From the NCBI GenBank assembly GCA_030591685.1, contig JAUVAX010000019.1:1-40629 (forward strand): a DNA stretch of 40,629 nucleotides, in the 5' to 3' direction. The notes beneath the pieces were generated by a model. The model was not told the origin of the DNA. It saw only the letters and a list, made by a program, of their open reading frames with translations, and did no database searches. Made by a program: the position numbers and the translations under genes. Shown in pieces: positions 9,810-19,837 of this stretch. Every line of letters begins with the position of its first letter. Position 1 is the first letter of the stretch. The stretch is from Pseudobdellovibrionaceae bacterium. Its GTDB lineage: Bacteria > Bdellovibrionota > Bdellovibrionia > Bdellovibrionales > UBA1609.

Positions 9810-10283
9810 CTACTTTCCCAACTTTTCAATAATCTTAGTCGCACTTTCTGGTGTTAAGTTTTCATAATACTCGTCATTGATTTGCATCATTGGCGCTGTA
9901 TCACAAGATCCTAAACACTCAACTTTACTCACTGTAACCCGCCCATCGCTACTTACTTCTCCGGATTTTACGTTAAAGGTTTTACAAAGGTGATCCGTCA
10001 ACTCTCTTGAGCCATTCATCGTGCACGAAATATTATTACACACCTGAACATGCAGTTTACCTACAGGTTGTTGATTAAACATCGTGTAGAACTTCATAAC
10101 TTCATTGATTTGTACCGGAGGGATATCCATAGCCACAGCCAATTGGCCAATTTGTTCAGGGCTTATCCAACCCCTTTTTTCTTGCAGCTTATAGAGGCAA
10201 GGTATAATCGCTGAGCGCCGAGTTTCATACCGACTGCACTCTTTTTTTATAAACACTAAAATGTCATCACTAAAAGCTTCCAT
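9810..10283 (-). CDS. nuoE: NADH-quinone oxidoreductase subunit E
   Basis: FYTMF, VCNNISC and ECLGSCDTAP ([2Fe-2S] N1a ligands). Confidence 0.96.
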   Translation of the reverse strand: MEAFSDDILVFIKKECSRYETRRSAIIPCLYKLQEKRGWISPEQIGQLAVAMDIPPVQINEVMKFYTMFNQQPVGKLHVQVCNNISCTMNGSRELTDHLCKTFNVKSGEVSSDGRVTVSKVECLGSCDTAPMMQINDEYYENLTPESATKIIEKLGK

Positions 10284-10297
10284 ATGATACCTAACCC

Positions 10298-11977
10298 TTA
10301 CCTGTCGAGTTCTCCTGCAATTAAATTCATACTACCTAATACCGAAATAACATCCGCCACTAACCCGCCCTTAACCTGATCAGGGAAGGACTGATAAATA
10401 GGGAAACAAGGCGGCCGCACTCTTAACCGATAAGGGTTCGCCGAGCCATCACTCACTAAGTGAAACCCCAACTCTCCATTTGCAGCCTCAGTGGCATCGT
10501 AAATCTCGCCCTTTTTAGGCCTTAACCCATTAACGACCAACATAAAGTGATTCATTAAGCCCTCTATATTGCCGTAAACGTCTTTTTTCTCGGGTAACAC
10601 TATGTTTTTATCTCTAATCGTAAAGTCACCACCAGGGACGTTTTTACAAACCTGCCTAATAATTTTTATCGATTGCTTCATTTCTTCAATACGAACCAAG
10701 TACCGGTCATAACAGTCGCCACTTGTGCCCACAGGTATATCAAAATCAAGTTGATCATAACCATAGTAAGGGTCTGCTTTTCGAAGGTCTAAACCAACAC
10801 CTGTAGCTCTGAGTAACGGGCCTGTATACCCCCAATCAATAGCTTCTTGAGGGGATATTTTTCCAATGTCTCTTGTTCTCTGAATCCAAATTTTATTACC
10901 GCTGAGTAGGCCTTCGACATCTGAGATGCCCTTTTCAATCTTTTTACACGTCTCCAGAACATCATCAAACCAACCCTCCGGAGCATCTTGAGCCATCCCC
11001 CCCACTCGAGTCATTGAAACCGTTAAACGGGCCCCACATAATTTTTCAAAAAGAGTGTACACCATTTCACGATATGTAAATAAATGAAAAAACCCGGTCA
11101 AAGCCCCTAAGTCTACAGCATTGGCACCAATACAAACAAGGTGGTCAATGATCCTCGACAACTCACAAAGAACTACTCTCATCGCTTGAGCTTTTGCAGG
11201 GATCTCGACCCCGAGCAGCTTTTCTACTGTTTTGCAGTAGCCAATATTATTCATAGGGGCTGAGCAGTAATTAAGCCTATCGGTATAAGGTATTACCTGG
11301 TTATAGGGGTGTGTTTCGGCCATTTTTTCAAAGCAGCGATGCAGAAATCCTAATTCAACGTTGGCTCGGTTTACAGTTTCGCCATCTAACTCACACATGA
11401 CCCTTAAGGTCCCATGAGTTGCCGGATGAGAGGGGCCAATATTTAGTGGCACTAAATTAGAAGTTTCTTTGGGGGTGTAGTTAGGTTCATCATCAAAAAA
11501 TATAGGTCGGGCTTCGGTGCAATGCTGTTGCTGATCAGCATCGTAGTCTTTTCTTAGGGGGTGGCCCACAAATTGATGATGACACAATATACGAGACAGG
11601 TTGGGGTGACCCGCAAATTCAATACCAAACATGTCATAAGCTTCACGCTCAAACCAGTTCGCGCATTTCCATACAGGGATGACTGAGTCAATAGTTTCAT
11701 CTATACCCACCTGTGCTCGCAAACGAAGGCGCTTAAAGTCTTTTGATGAAAACAGCTCATAGGCCACTTCAAAGCGCTTTTCACGGTGGGGATAATCTAA
11801 GCCCGTTAAGTTCATTAGAAAATCAAACTCTTTGGTGTCTTTGAGAAACTTTAATATAGAAACTATTTTATCTTTTGGAACATCCACAGAAATGTTGCCA
11901 AACTCATTAACAAAATTCAGGTTAACGTCTGAAAAATTTTTTGATAAAAGCTCTTTGTACGTATCTAATTGGCTCAT
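10298..11977 (-). CDS. nuoCD: NADH-quinone oxidoreductase fused subunit C/D
   Basis: NuoC motif [20 protein letters not shown]...GHPLRKDY fused to Nuo[24 protein letters not shown] and terminal GELDR. Confidence 0.96.
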   Translation of the reverse strand: MSQLDTYKELLSKNFSDVNLNFVNEFGNISVDVPKDKIVSILKFLKDTKEFDFLMNLTGLDYPHREKRFEVAYELFSSKDFKRLRLRAQVGIDETIDSVIPVWKCANWFEREAYDMFGIEFAGHPNLSRILCHHQFVGHPLRKDYDADQQQHCTEARPIFFDDEPNYTPKETSNLVPLNIGPSHPATHGTLRVMCELDGETVNRANVELGFLHRCFEKMAETHPYNQVIPYTDRLNYCSAPMNNIGYCKTVEKLLGVEIPAKAQAMRVVLCELSRIIDHLVCIGANAVDLGALTGFFHLFTYREMVYTLFEKLCGARLTVSMTRVGGMAQDAPEGWFDDVLETCKKIEKGISDVEGLLSGNKIWIQRTRDIGKISPQEAIDWGYTGPLLRATGVGLDLRKADPYYGYDQLDFDIPVGTSGDCYDRYLVRIEEMKQSIKIIRQVCKNVPGGDFTIRDKNIVLPEKKDVYGNIEGLMNHFMLVVNGLRPKKGEIYDATEAANGELGFHLVSDGSANPYRLRVRPPCFPIYQSFPDQVKGGLVADVISVLGSMNLIAGELDR

Positions 11978-11993
11978 TTAATCACTCCAGAAT

Positions 11994-12569
11994 TTAAATT
12001 TGTGTCTCTAACTCACTACTCCATGACCGCCTTTGGGACCGGTCTCTATAGGTCCCAGGAGTCCAGTTATCCCGCCACGGTCGAGGGGTATTGTCTTGAA
12101 TCATTTTTTGCAAACTCATAAGCCCATCTAAAACAGCCTCAGGAGTGGGTGGACAACCGGGGACATATACGTCCACCGGAATAATTTTATCAACCCCCTG
12201 AAGAACATGATACGCTCGATAAAAACCACCCGAACTGGCACAGGCACCCATGGCAATAACATACTTGGCCTCCAGCATTTGCTCATAAATTCTAATAATC
12301 ACAGGGGCCATTTTTTCAGTGATTGTACCGGCAACCAAAAGTAAATCCGCCTGCCTTGGTGAGAACCGAACCACCTCAGCCCCAAAACGAGCTAAATCAT
12401 AACGGGGTCCCATTACAGACATCATCTCTATCCCACAACAGGCAGTACCGTAAGGCATGGGCCAGAGTGAGTTTTTACGCCCCCAAGCGATGACCTTGTC
12501 TAAACTTGTCGTAAACGCGTAAGAACGGGAGCTTTCAATGAGATCTATTTGAGTTTTATCCTCTGACAT
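11994..12569 (-). CDS. nuoB: NADH-quinone oxidoreductase subunit B
   Basis: [37 protein letters not shown]. Start moved to ATG 12569 (MSEDK), which follows a GGAGAGG ribosome-binding site. Confidence 0.96.
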   Translation of the reverse strand: MSEDKTQIDLIESSRSYAFTTSLDKVIAWGRKNSLWPMPYGTACCGIEMMSVMGPRYDLARFGAEVVRFSPRQADLLLVAGTITEKMAPVIIRIYEQMLEAKYVIAMGACASSGGFYRAYHVLQGVDKIIPVDVYVPGCPPTPEAVLDGLMSLQKMIQDNTPRPWRDNWTPGTYRDRSQRRSWSSELETQI

Positions 12570-12845
12570 GTAAACGCCTCTCCGCACTTAAGCCTACTGT
12601 GGTCAATGAACAACCCTAAAACGACCCCTTTAAACTAAGGAGAAAATTAAAGTGAAAACAGGTAGTTATAAAAGACCTTGTAAATAAAAAAAGTAAATAT
12701 TTTCAATTAGCTTCTAGCATTTTCATAAATATGTGTCACTAGTATTTAGGTTCGGATTTGATTAAAATATCTACGCGTAAAAGGCGCTAATATCGACCTA
12801 ACTGATACTTAATTTCAGTTACGCCGCCATTAAACTACTTGTGCA

Positions 12846-12878
12846 ATAATAAGGGGCACAATGATGTAAAAGCCCCCT
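12846..12878 (-). terminator. Possible intrinsic terminator downstream of the orphan gene
   Basis: GGGGC/GCCCC stem followed by TTATTATT on the minus strand, about 30 nt after the stop at 12910; the loop is long. Confidence 0.4.
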
Positions 12879-12909
12879 CAAACTCGCTTATTTAAGCGCT
12901 CACTTTTTG

Positions 12910-13473
12910 CTAAGTAGAAAAGTAGTAGCACGCTTGGTAGACCTTTTTTCGCGGAAAACGCCCCTGAGGATCTCCCTCGTCCGTCACATAGGAGAGAACA
13001 ATCAAGTAGTCCTCGTACTGAGAAATCTTTAGCTCCAACCCAAAATGGCGCTCTTGGCTGTAAAAGGACTCTTTAGATTTTAACAGTGGCAACTGCGGCA
13101 AGTGTCTATCAAGAAGCCTCTGAATTTGAGATGACTCACTAGAAGTGAGATGGTCATAAAAGTCAGCCTTATAGTCTGGGTCCACGAAAGAGATGACCTT
13201 GTACAGGCTCTCATCCGGAAACAGAGGCCCCGAATCCGGCGTATCCACCTCGTTCATTGTCATTAAAGTGGCCGCCGCCACTTGAGGAGAGTTGTAAAAA
13301 AAACACCGACCTGTAAACCAACCCTCCCAGTCGCTGAGAACTGGCTTTTGATCGGCTTGCTTTGCAAAACGAATAAGTTGTCGGTATTGAGTTTCTAAAG
13401 AATATGTTTCATTAAAAATAGAAAAACTATTTAATGAAATAAGTAGTGTACAAAAAATGACTATGATTTTCAT
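12910..13473 (-). CDS. Hypothetical secreted protein
   Basis: 187-aa ORF with a signal peptide (MKIIVIFCTLLISLNSFS) and two Cys in the mature part (GRCFF, QACYY); no family recognised. Confidence 0.75.
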   Translation of the reverse strand: MKIIVIFCTLLISLNSFSIFNETYSLETQYRQLIRFAKQADQKPVLSDWEGWFTGRCFFYNSPQVAAATLMTMNEVDTPDSGPLFPDESLYKVISFVDPDYKADFYDHLTSSESSQIQRLLDRHLPQLPLLKSKESFYSQERHFGLELKISQYEDYLIVLSYVTDEGDPQGRFPRKKVYQACYYFST

Positions 13474-13827
13474 TGCGATACCCCGATAGTTGTAGTTACT
13501 AAAAGTCTACGAGGGAAAAAGAGGGATGATCAAGAGAAACTAATAACTTTCACTAGTTAAACTCATTATTTTTTAAAAAAGCGTCACTAGTGATACCTAA
13601 CTATTTTTTCAAAATCAAAAAGTGCCTCACCGTATTTTTTTTATATCAAAAAACCATTCAAAGCTCCCTTTAAAACTTATGCTCTTTGATGGCAATAGAT
13701 ACATAAAAAAATGACTCTCTATGAGTTTTTATACTATGTATTGTGTGAGGTCGCGCTACAATGCCGACCTAAAACGAGGTCACACTCGAAAATGCAAGTG
13801 CGACACTAAAAGAACACCCCGACTGAG

Positions 13828-14460
13828 TTAGTTGGCGAGCTCTTTATACTTGCCGTACTGGCTGTCGGCAATTTTAGATTCATTAGACCATTTTTTCATT
13901 TCTTTTTTGTATGATTTCTTTTTTTGAGCCCATGATTTGTTTTGCTTTAAAACTTCATTTTGCTTTTCATCAATACTTGCGAGCACTTCGCCCATAGTTT
14001 GCTTTTGGGTTACCCACAGGGCCTTTTCACTTTCTATTTCCTGCACCTTTTGATCATACGCAGCTATGCTTTGCTCTCGCATTAATTTTTGCGCCTCCAT
14101 TTTTACCAAGAGATCTTTTAACTTATTAATTTTAGCTAAATCTCTCGCCAGCCGCTTCGACTCCTGAGCCTTAAAATTTAAAATTTTAGCTTTCATTTTG
14201 TTGATTTTTAATTTATTTTTCTCTATGTTTTTACTGTTATTTACGAGCTGTTTTCGTTTAGACTTAAGGTCCTTAAGGGCCAAATAAGCTTGCTTTTCGT
14301 TTTCTTTTGAAATTTTATAATTCTCATTATATTGTTCAAAATTAAATTTTGCATTTTCATTATTAGCTTTTAGCTGTTCAAGCTTCTCTTCAACATTCAT
14401 TTTTGCAAACGATGAAATCGATGCTAAAAGTAAGGTTATAACTAGTACTTTATTTCTCAT
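13828..14460 (-). CDS. Secreted coiled-coil protein, last gene of the gltA/B-gltC-like unit
   Basis: Signal peptide ending SSFA, then about 190 aa of K/E/Q/N-rich helix with no Pro; GGAG RBS; 21 bp after the gltC-like stop. Confidence 0.8.
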   Translation of the reverse strand: MRNKVLVITLLLASISSFAKMNVEEKLEQLKANNENAKFNFEQYNENYKISKENEKQAYLALKDLKSKRKQLVNNSKNIEKNKLKINKMKAKILNFKAQESKRLARDLAKINKLKDLLVKMEAQKLMREQSIAAYDQKVQEIESEKALWVTQKQTMGEVLASIDEKQNEVLKQNKSWAQKKKSYKKEMKKWSNESKIADSQYGKYKELAN

Positions 14461-14481
14461 TTTCGTCTCCTGTTAAAAATC

Positions 14482-16983
14482 TTAATTTTTTGCCGATTTA
14501 GGGATTGCATACTTCTTTTTAGGGCAGTTATTTTTCAGTGCCGATCTGTAGCTCCCTATTTCGTCCTCCCAATACTCTCCCGTGACACTCCATGTGAGGG
14601 TCTGCTTAGGCTTTATACTTGAGGGGAGCCTGTTTGCACCAGATGTTCTACCCCCTGCTGACAGGTACCTAATGTTCTCTCCACTGCCTGCGAAAACCTC
14701 GTAGCGTAAAAACTCATTGTTTTCAACTACACGGCTCATATGCTTTGCAATAAGTTTCATGTTCGTTTTTAATGCGTAGCTGGCGATAGACCTTAATTTA
14801 GACTTTTCTTTATTGAGCCTTTTTGAAACTCGTTTTTTTAACTGATTAAAACCCTTTTTACTGTTTTCTAAGACTGATAATTTAAATCGGGCTTCGTTAT
14901 AGGCCCTTATTTTTATGGCCTTTAGCTTTTTCCATGATTTAACAAGAGCTAGTTTTTCATCTGTCTTATGTGTTCTTGCTGATTTTATTTTAGCCTTTAA
15001 TGTCGCTATGCTCTTTCGAGCACGGCCCATTTTTCTTTTTGTTTTATATTTATCTTTCTTTATATAACTACTAATAAATCTAAACTGCGCCAGCTCATCT
15101 GCTTTCTGATTGAGTGAATCCTGATGGTTTAAAAAATTACGCTTTCGCGCCATCTCTCGAATCACCTGATAGGGTAATCCCTTTACGGTCGCCGAGCTCT
15201 TTCCGGCAAGGTATTTTTTTAATGTATTATAGTAGCTTTTTGAACTTTTGTTTTTTCTTATATATGCTTTTATGTTCTTCAACCAAGGCTTATAATTTTG
15301 CTCCATAAGGCCAAGAGTTTGGTACGCATCCCCGTACTGACAAATATTAATATATCCAATACTTCTAACAGCATAGCTTTCAGGAATGAATACGGCTTTA
15401 AAGTACGGCGAGTGCAGTGAATACATATTACCAATGGCGCCCGAGACATCACCAAGCATAAGCTGAGTCCAACCCTGCTCGACAAGGGCACTCACCCATA
15501 AAGGGTGGTCCTTGCCAACCTTTAAGTACTCAACATGAGAAAGCTTATATTGACCGGTTTGAAAGTAAATACGGCCTAAATCTGTAGAAATTAAATTTTC
15601 TAAATTTGTATTATTCACCGAACTCTTATCCATCCACTGACGCGCTTTTAATAAGGTAGCTATAGCCGTTTTTGGCTGGCCGCCTGCATACTGGGCCACG
15701 GCCAGTATGAATAATGACTTTGGATAATGCTCACTTTTAGTTTGTACTTTTTGAGCCCATTTCGCGGCCAATTTAAAGTTTCGCTTTTTAGCCTCTGTGC
15801 GCGCTAAAATAAAATGAACTCTATTAAGGCCACCATCTGGAATAAGTGATTTATTTTTAATACCCTTAATGGCAGCAGCAATGCGCGGCTCGTACTCTAT
15901 AGGTAAACCTTGAAGTACTAACTCTATGGCCTTAGGGCTAAAATAAGGGTCCTCACTGGAAATAACCCTTACAAGACGAATTGTACTCTCAGAGTAAAAA
16001 CCCATCTTATGAGAACAAGCACCTAAATGAAAGTTCGCCTCTCTTGAAAACTCAGGTACATTTGACAACTCATCAAATAAACCCACAACCGCATGACACT
16101 GCCCACCCTTTGAGTATAAAATTAAGGCTGAGAGCATTTTTCTTTCATTTTTAGTGAGCCTTAACATACCCCTTTCATCTATAGATGCCTCAGGGGTTAA
16201 TTGAGGGCTTATAGCCTCTATGGTTTTAAGAGTAACAACCTTTGCCACGCCAAAATCTTTAAACTTTATATTTTTTGCGTTCTTTATTTTTTTTAATTTA
16301 GTTTTTAACCATGTCTTTACTAACTTTCTATTTACCGTCTCTTTTGACTGGAGCTTTTTGGCTAATTTATAATTTGGTGAATGAATATTTAATTGACTGA
16401 TTTGCATGTCATTTTTAGAAACCTGCGGCTCTTGACCGATGTTTAGTCTTGGCAGGATAGAGACTTTTATTTTTATTGTCCTTAACCGCCCTGACTTCGC
16501 CTTTATTTTTTTACGGCTATAAAGTGAAAATGTAGGCACTCCTGATTTCGTTTTCTTAAGTCCTAAGTCCCCTTGAGTGCCCTTATCGTTAACTTTTAAG
16601 GGCCTATATTGACTCAACTGACTCTTCACACTCTTGACTGAAGTTAAACTATCATTAGCCTCAGTAGAGCTGTACTTTGGCAACTGTGAATAAAGCTCAT
16701 TAACTCTTGCTTCAGATTTTTTTTGCTCCTGCTTTATTTTTTGATCTAAAAGACTTATTTTTTCAGCTCTTTTTTTAGTGTGCGGCTCACTGGTTTTACT
16801 TACAGGGGCGTACTGTTTTTTTATGCCTGCTCGTATGACCTTTGTCTTTTTCTTCACCCATGTTTTTATGCTCATCCACGTCGACTGACTGGTTGTTGAC
16901 TTAACTGAATAGGCCCCCTCAATCAATCGAGCCTGTGAGCTGAGTGAAAAAATTAAAACTAGGCTTATAACAAAAGTTCTCAT
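14482..16983 (-). CDS. GltC-like periplasmic TPR gliding-motility protein with a Lys-rich N-terminal extension
   Basis: Signal peptide; TPR-like helices; ALVEQGWTQL...GNMYSLHSPYF...PES and C-terminal WSVTGEYWEDEIGSYR match my recollection of the GltC family; follows the barrel gene. Confidence 0.7.
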   Translation of the reverse strand: MRTFVISLVLIFSLSSQARLIEGAYSVKSTTSQSTWMSIKTWVKKKTKVIRAGIKKQYAPVSKTSEPHTKKRAEKISLLDQKIKQEQKKSEARVNELYSQLPKYSSTEANDSLTSVKSVKSQLSQYRPLKVNDKGTQGDLGLKKTKSGVPTFSLYSRKKIKAKSGRLRTIKIKVSILPRLNIGQEPQVSKNDMQISQLNIHSPNYKLAKKLQSKETVNRKLVKTWLKTKLKKIKNAKNIKFKDFGVAKVVTLKTIEAISPQLTPEASIDERGMLRLTKNERKMLSALILYSKGGQCHAVVGLFDELSNVPEFSREANFHLGACSHKMGFYSESTIRLVRVISSEDPYFSPKAIELVLQGLPIEYEPRIAAAIKGIKNKSLIPDGGLNRVHFILARTEAKKRNFKLAAKWAQKVQTKSEHYPKSLFILAVAQYAGGQPKTAIATLLKARQWMDKSSVNNTNLENLISTDLGRIYFQTGQYKLSHVEYLKVGKDHPLWVSALVEQGWTQLMLGDVSGAIGNMYSLHSPYFKAVFIPESYAVRSIGYINICQYGDAYQTLGLMEQNYKPWLKNIKAYIRKNKSSKSYYNTLKKYLAGKSSATVKGLPYQVIREMARKRNFLNHQDSLNQKADELAQFRFISSYIKKDKYKTKRKMGRARKSIATLKAKIKSARTHKTDEKLALVKSWKKLKAIKIRAYNEARFKLSVLENSKKGFNQLKKRVSKRLNKEKSKLRSIASYALKTNMKLIAKHMSRVVENNEFLRYEVFAGSGENIRYLSAGGRTSGANRLPSSIKPKQTLTWSVTGEYWEDEIGSYRSALKNNCPKKKYAIPKSAKN

Positions 16984-16997
16984 TAACTATCCTTACT

Positions 16998-17843
16998 TTA
17001 AAAATAAAATGATACGCCAAAAGTAAACAAGGTGGCGTTTGTTGTTCGGCTACGCTTTGGGTTGCCAGTCACATAATCTAGTATTTCTTCTTTAAAAAAG
17101 GTGTTTTTTAGATCTGCCCTCAAAGCAATATGTCTACCTATAAAGATATATTGAGTTATATCTACACCATATGAAATTGAAGACTGACTACTGGTTTCAG
17201 TTCTGAAGTTTGGCGTTACCCCCACTCTAAACAGCTGATCATAACTGACAGTTCCTATATGTGGGGTGATAGCCATATCTAGGTACACAATTTTTTTGCC
17301 CAGAACACTCACTTTAGCGTATACAGGCACATAGGTGTACCCCACTTGAATTTGACTTTTTATCCTTCCATAATCCGGCTTCAACGACGTTGTATTTCCT
17401 GGTGCTCCTAAAAAAGCATCTATTAACTCTCCGTCTCTTAAATCATATTCTTGATAGGAGACCTGTACCCCCGACCGTTCGCTAAAAAAATAATTGCCCG
17501 TCAAGGACAACGCATAACCCTGATTATAGGGATCATTAATTGGTACGCCGTACATTAAAGAGACCACATATTTATTTTTTTTCGTATAAGTTCTATTTTG
17601 TACAACTGTAAAATCAGTATCCTTAGGTGCCCAGTACTTTTTTTCAAGGCCCGTAATATCTAACTTGTCTGAAGTCTTCTTTTTAGTTTTTGATTTCACT
17701 GATTTTTTTACAGATTTTTTGCGTGAGTACTGTTTAGACTGCGCATAAGAGGACTCCCCAAACAGAACTAATGTACAAAACATTATTAGTAATCCAAAGT
17801 TAAACCACTGTAACCACTTATTATTTTTTAAATCTCTTGTCAT
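16998..17843 (-). CDS. Outer-membrane beta-barrel, GltA/GltB-like
   Basis: Signal peptide, VVQNRTYTKK and PVYAKVSVLGKKIVYLD motifs, amphipathic strands, terminal FGVSFYF. Confidence 0.8.
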   Translation of the reverse strand: MTRDLKNNKWLQWFNFGLLIMFCTLVLFGESSYAQSKQYSRKKSVKKSVKSKTKKKTSDKLDITGLEKKYWAPKDTDFTVVQNRTYTKKNKYVVSLMYGVPINDPYNQGYALSLTGNYFFSERSGVQVSYQEYDLRDGELIDAFLGAPGNTTSLKPDYGRIKSQIQVGYTYVPVYAKVSVLGKKIVYLDMAITPHIGTVSYDQLFRVGVTPNFRTETSSQSSISYGVDITQYIFIGRHIALRADLKNTFFKEEILDYVTGNPKRSRTTNATLFTFGVSFYF

Positions 17844-17875
17844 ACGATCATCCCGTTAATGTTCATCCTAAAGAC

Positions 17876-17903
17876 AAATCGGATACAAGTGTTTAAATCG
17901 TTA
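17876..17903 (-). promoter_or_regulatory. Possible sigma28 (FliA)-like promoter for the barrel-gltC unit
   Basis: Minus strand TAAC-N16-TCCGATTT against consensus TAAA-N15-GCCGATAA, 32 nt upstream of the ATG; spacer is 1 nt too long. Confidence 0.3.
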
Positions 17904-18341
17904 ACTCTGACAATAAATTTTCGCCAATAATTACATGATGTTAACTATATCTTAGACAGTTTCTTAAACTTTCAAAGACTGTGAAAACTTGTTTAACAAA
18001 AAAATGAATTTTGGCTTCCCTACATGAGCTGTAATCTAAAACATGAAGAAAATAGAAGCACTAAAGAGCCCCTGCCATATGAACTCTAACCTAAAGTATA
18101 GATAATACCTGACTGGCAATATAAAAATCCTATCTTAAATTGAGACTCTTTGATTTTACAATATCTGAAGCGGTAACAGGATTGGGCATATTATGTATTT
18201 AAATGATACAAGGGACTCAATAGTTAAAACAGAGTCACTTGCTCGACTTAAAGTAAGGTCACAAAGTAAGATCACGGAGAACCGAGTCAGACCAAGGAGC
18301 CCCCTGCCTGTTGGCATACACATGCCTTAGGCCTCTATGGA

Positions 18342-19835
18342 CTAGAGGGTGCTTTTAAATAAAAATGGATAAGACACACTGACCTCCGTGCCACCTTTTG
18401 GTTTTGGAAACTTCCATTTAGCTACTTTTCGTAACATACAACCCTCTACCATTCGGCTGTTCATCGTCGAAGAACCTATACCTTGAGCACTCACCCTCCC
18501 ATTACCAGCAATAGTAAACCGAACAAGTACTTTACCATACAGACCCGGATGAGCGGCCAATTGACGTTCGTAGCAGTACCTGATTTGCCCCAGATAGGTT
18601 GCAATAACCCTTGCAATCACCTCTCTTGGTAGGCCCCCCTCGATAACAGTTTCTTCTTCAATTATACCAACATCTGCTGTGCCAATGCCCCCAGTGGAGA
18701 GGCTGGCTGTGCCTCTAAAATTTGTTGCGCCGCCCCCTTTACCCCCTGTAGAAACGCCTGCCACTTTAAATGATTTACCTAATTTTGAACTAGAGGCCCC
18801 AACACTGGCCCGACCCATCCTAGACAAAGCACGACCTGATGGCCCAGAGCCAGCAACTCTCCCCGTAGCCCTAATAAGGTGTGCTGTTTTAGAAGCTCGT
18901 TTTGCTATCTTACCAATAAGCTTTGATAAGCCCGAGGCCTTTAGCTTATTAACCACCTTGACCACTGTTTTTTGCTTAGATAATTTTGTAATCGTTGTCG
19001 ATTTAGAGCTTATTGACCGTGCCGCCGGCTGCCGATTGGCGATTTTCGACTGACTTTTTTTAGCCTGAGCCTTGAACTTTTTAACAGACTTTGCGTCAAA
19101 TATTATTTTTGTGTACTTATTCACTTTTGGCTTATTCTCATCCGCAACCTCTTCACTATTGTTTGGGGATAAAATCATAATCGATGTAAATATCAACATT
19201 AAAGCTAAAGCGCCCAGAAGAGGTTTTTTTAACGAAGGGTCTACAAAGTTTTTTACCTTTTCAGAAGGGCTATAATCAAGCTCATGGCAATCTATTATAC
19301 GTTGCTGTATTTCTGTATCACCAAAAGTGCAACTCAACCATTTACCACCCTCTGGTGGCGCTAAGATATTATCTTTCTTATCATACAAAAAGTGATAAGA
19401 GCTCGATTCCGGCAACAGAATAGTTTCAATAACATAATCAAGCTTTCTAACAACAATTTGATGGCGCCTGCAGTTTGTAAAAAGTTTCTTTTTATTAACG
19501 TTTTCTTTCGAGAAAAGTGTGCTCTCTACTATTTTTGGAGCGAGCTTTAATACATGCTCCCCAATGTGAATAGTGGTGAGTTTATGTATTTTTCTTTCAA
19601 CAATCTTATTAGACTGCAGCCAAGTCCCCGACTCACTACACAAGTCAGAAATGACCCAGTTGTTGTTTAAAAACTCAATATGAGCATGAAAGGGGGACAC
19701 ATGATCACCCAAAAGCCTTAATGTCGCCTCACGAGAGCTCCCAAGGGTTGTTAAGCCAGAGGTGTGTTTGATTCTATGGCGACCCATAAACTTTTCTTTA
19801 TAACTATGCTGAATTTCTAATTCTATACGCTTCAT
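18342..19835 (-). CDS. GltG/PglI-like protein: FHA domain, TM, Gly/Lys-rich linker, TonB-like C-terminal domain
   Basis: FHA-like VSPFHAHIE...VISDLCSESGTWL; TM LLGALALMLIFTSIMIL; C-terminal IRYCYERQL...GKVLVRFTIAGNGRV...CMLRKVAKWKFPKPKGGTEVSVSYPFLF. Confidence 0.85.
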   Translation of the reverse strand: MKRIELEIQHSYKEKFMGRHRIKHTSGLTTLGSSREATLRLLGDHVSPFHAHIEFLNNNWVISDLCSESGTWLQSNKIVERKIHKLTTIHIGEHVLKLAPKIVESTLFSKENVNKKKLFTNCRRHQIVVRKLDYVIETILLPESSSYHFLYDKKDNILAPPEGGKWLSCTFGDTEIQQRIIDCHELDYSPSEKVKNFVDPSLKKPLLGALALMLIFTSIMILSPNNSEEVADENKPKVNKYTKIIFDAKSVKKFKAQAKKSQSKIANRQPAARSISSKSTTITKLSKQKTVVKVVNKLKASGLSKLIGKIAKRASKTAHLIRATGRVAGSGPSGRALSRMGRASVGASSSKLGKSFKVAGVSTGGKGGGATNFRGTASLSTGGIGTADVGIIEEETVIEGGLPREVIARVIATYLGQIRYCYERQLAAHPGLYGKVLVRFTIAGNGRVSAQGIGSSTMNSRMVEGCMLRKVAKWKFPKPKGGTEVSVSYPFLFKSTL

Positions 19836-19837
19836 TT

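Noticed and set aside
12570..12587. Track start for nuoB at 12587
   Set aside because: The extension covers the RBS of the ATG at 12569.
12588..12909. nuoA remnant upstream of nuoB
   Set aside because: No ORF in the track, and I saw no hydrophobic NuoA-like reading or YECG motif.
18311..18326. TGGCAT...TGC as a sigma54 promoter
   Set aside because: Spacing is one base short on both strands; better explained as a small hairpin.
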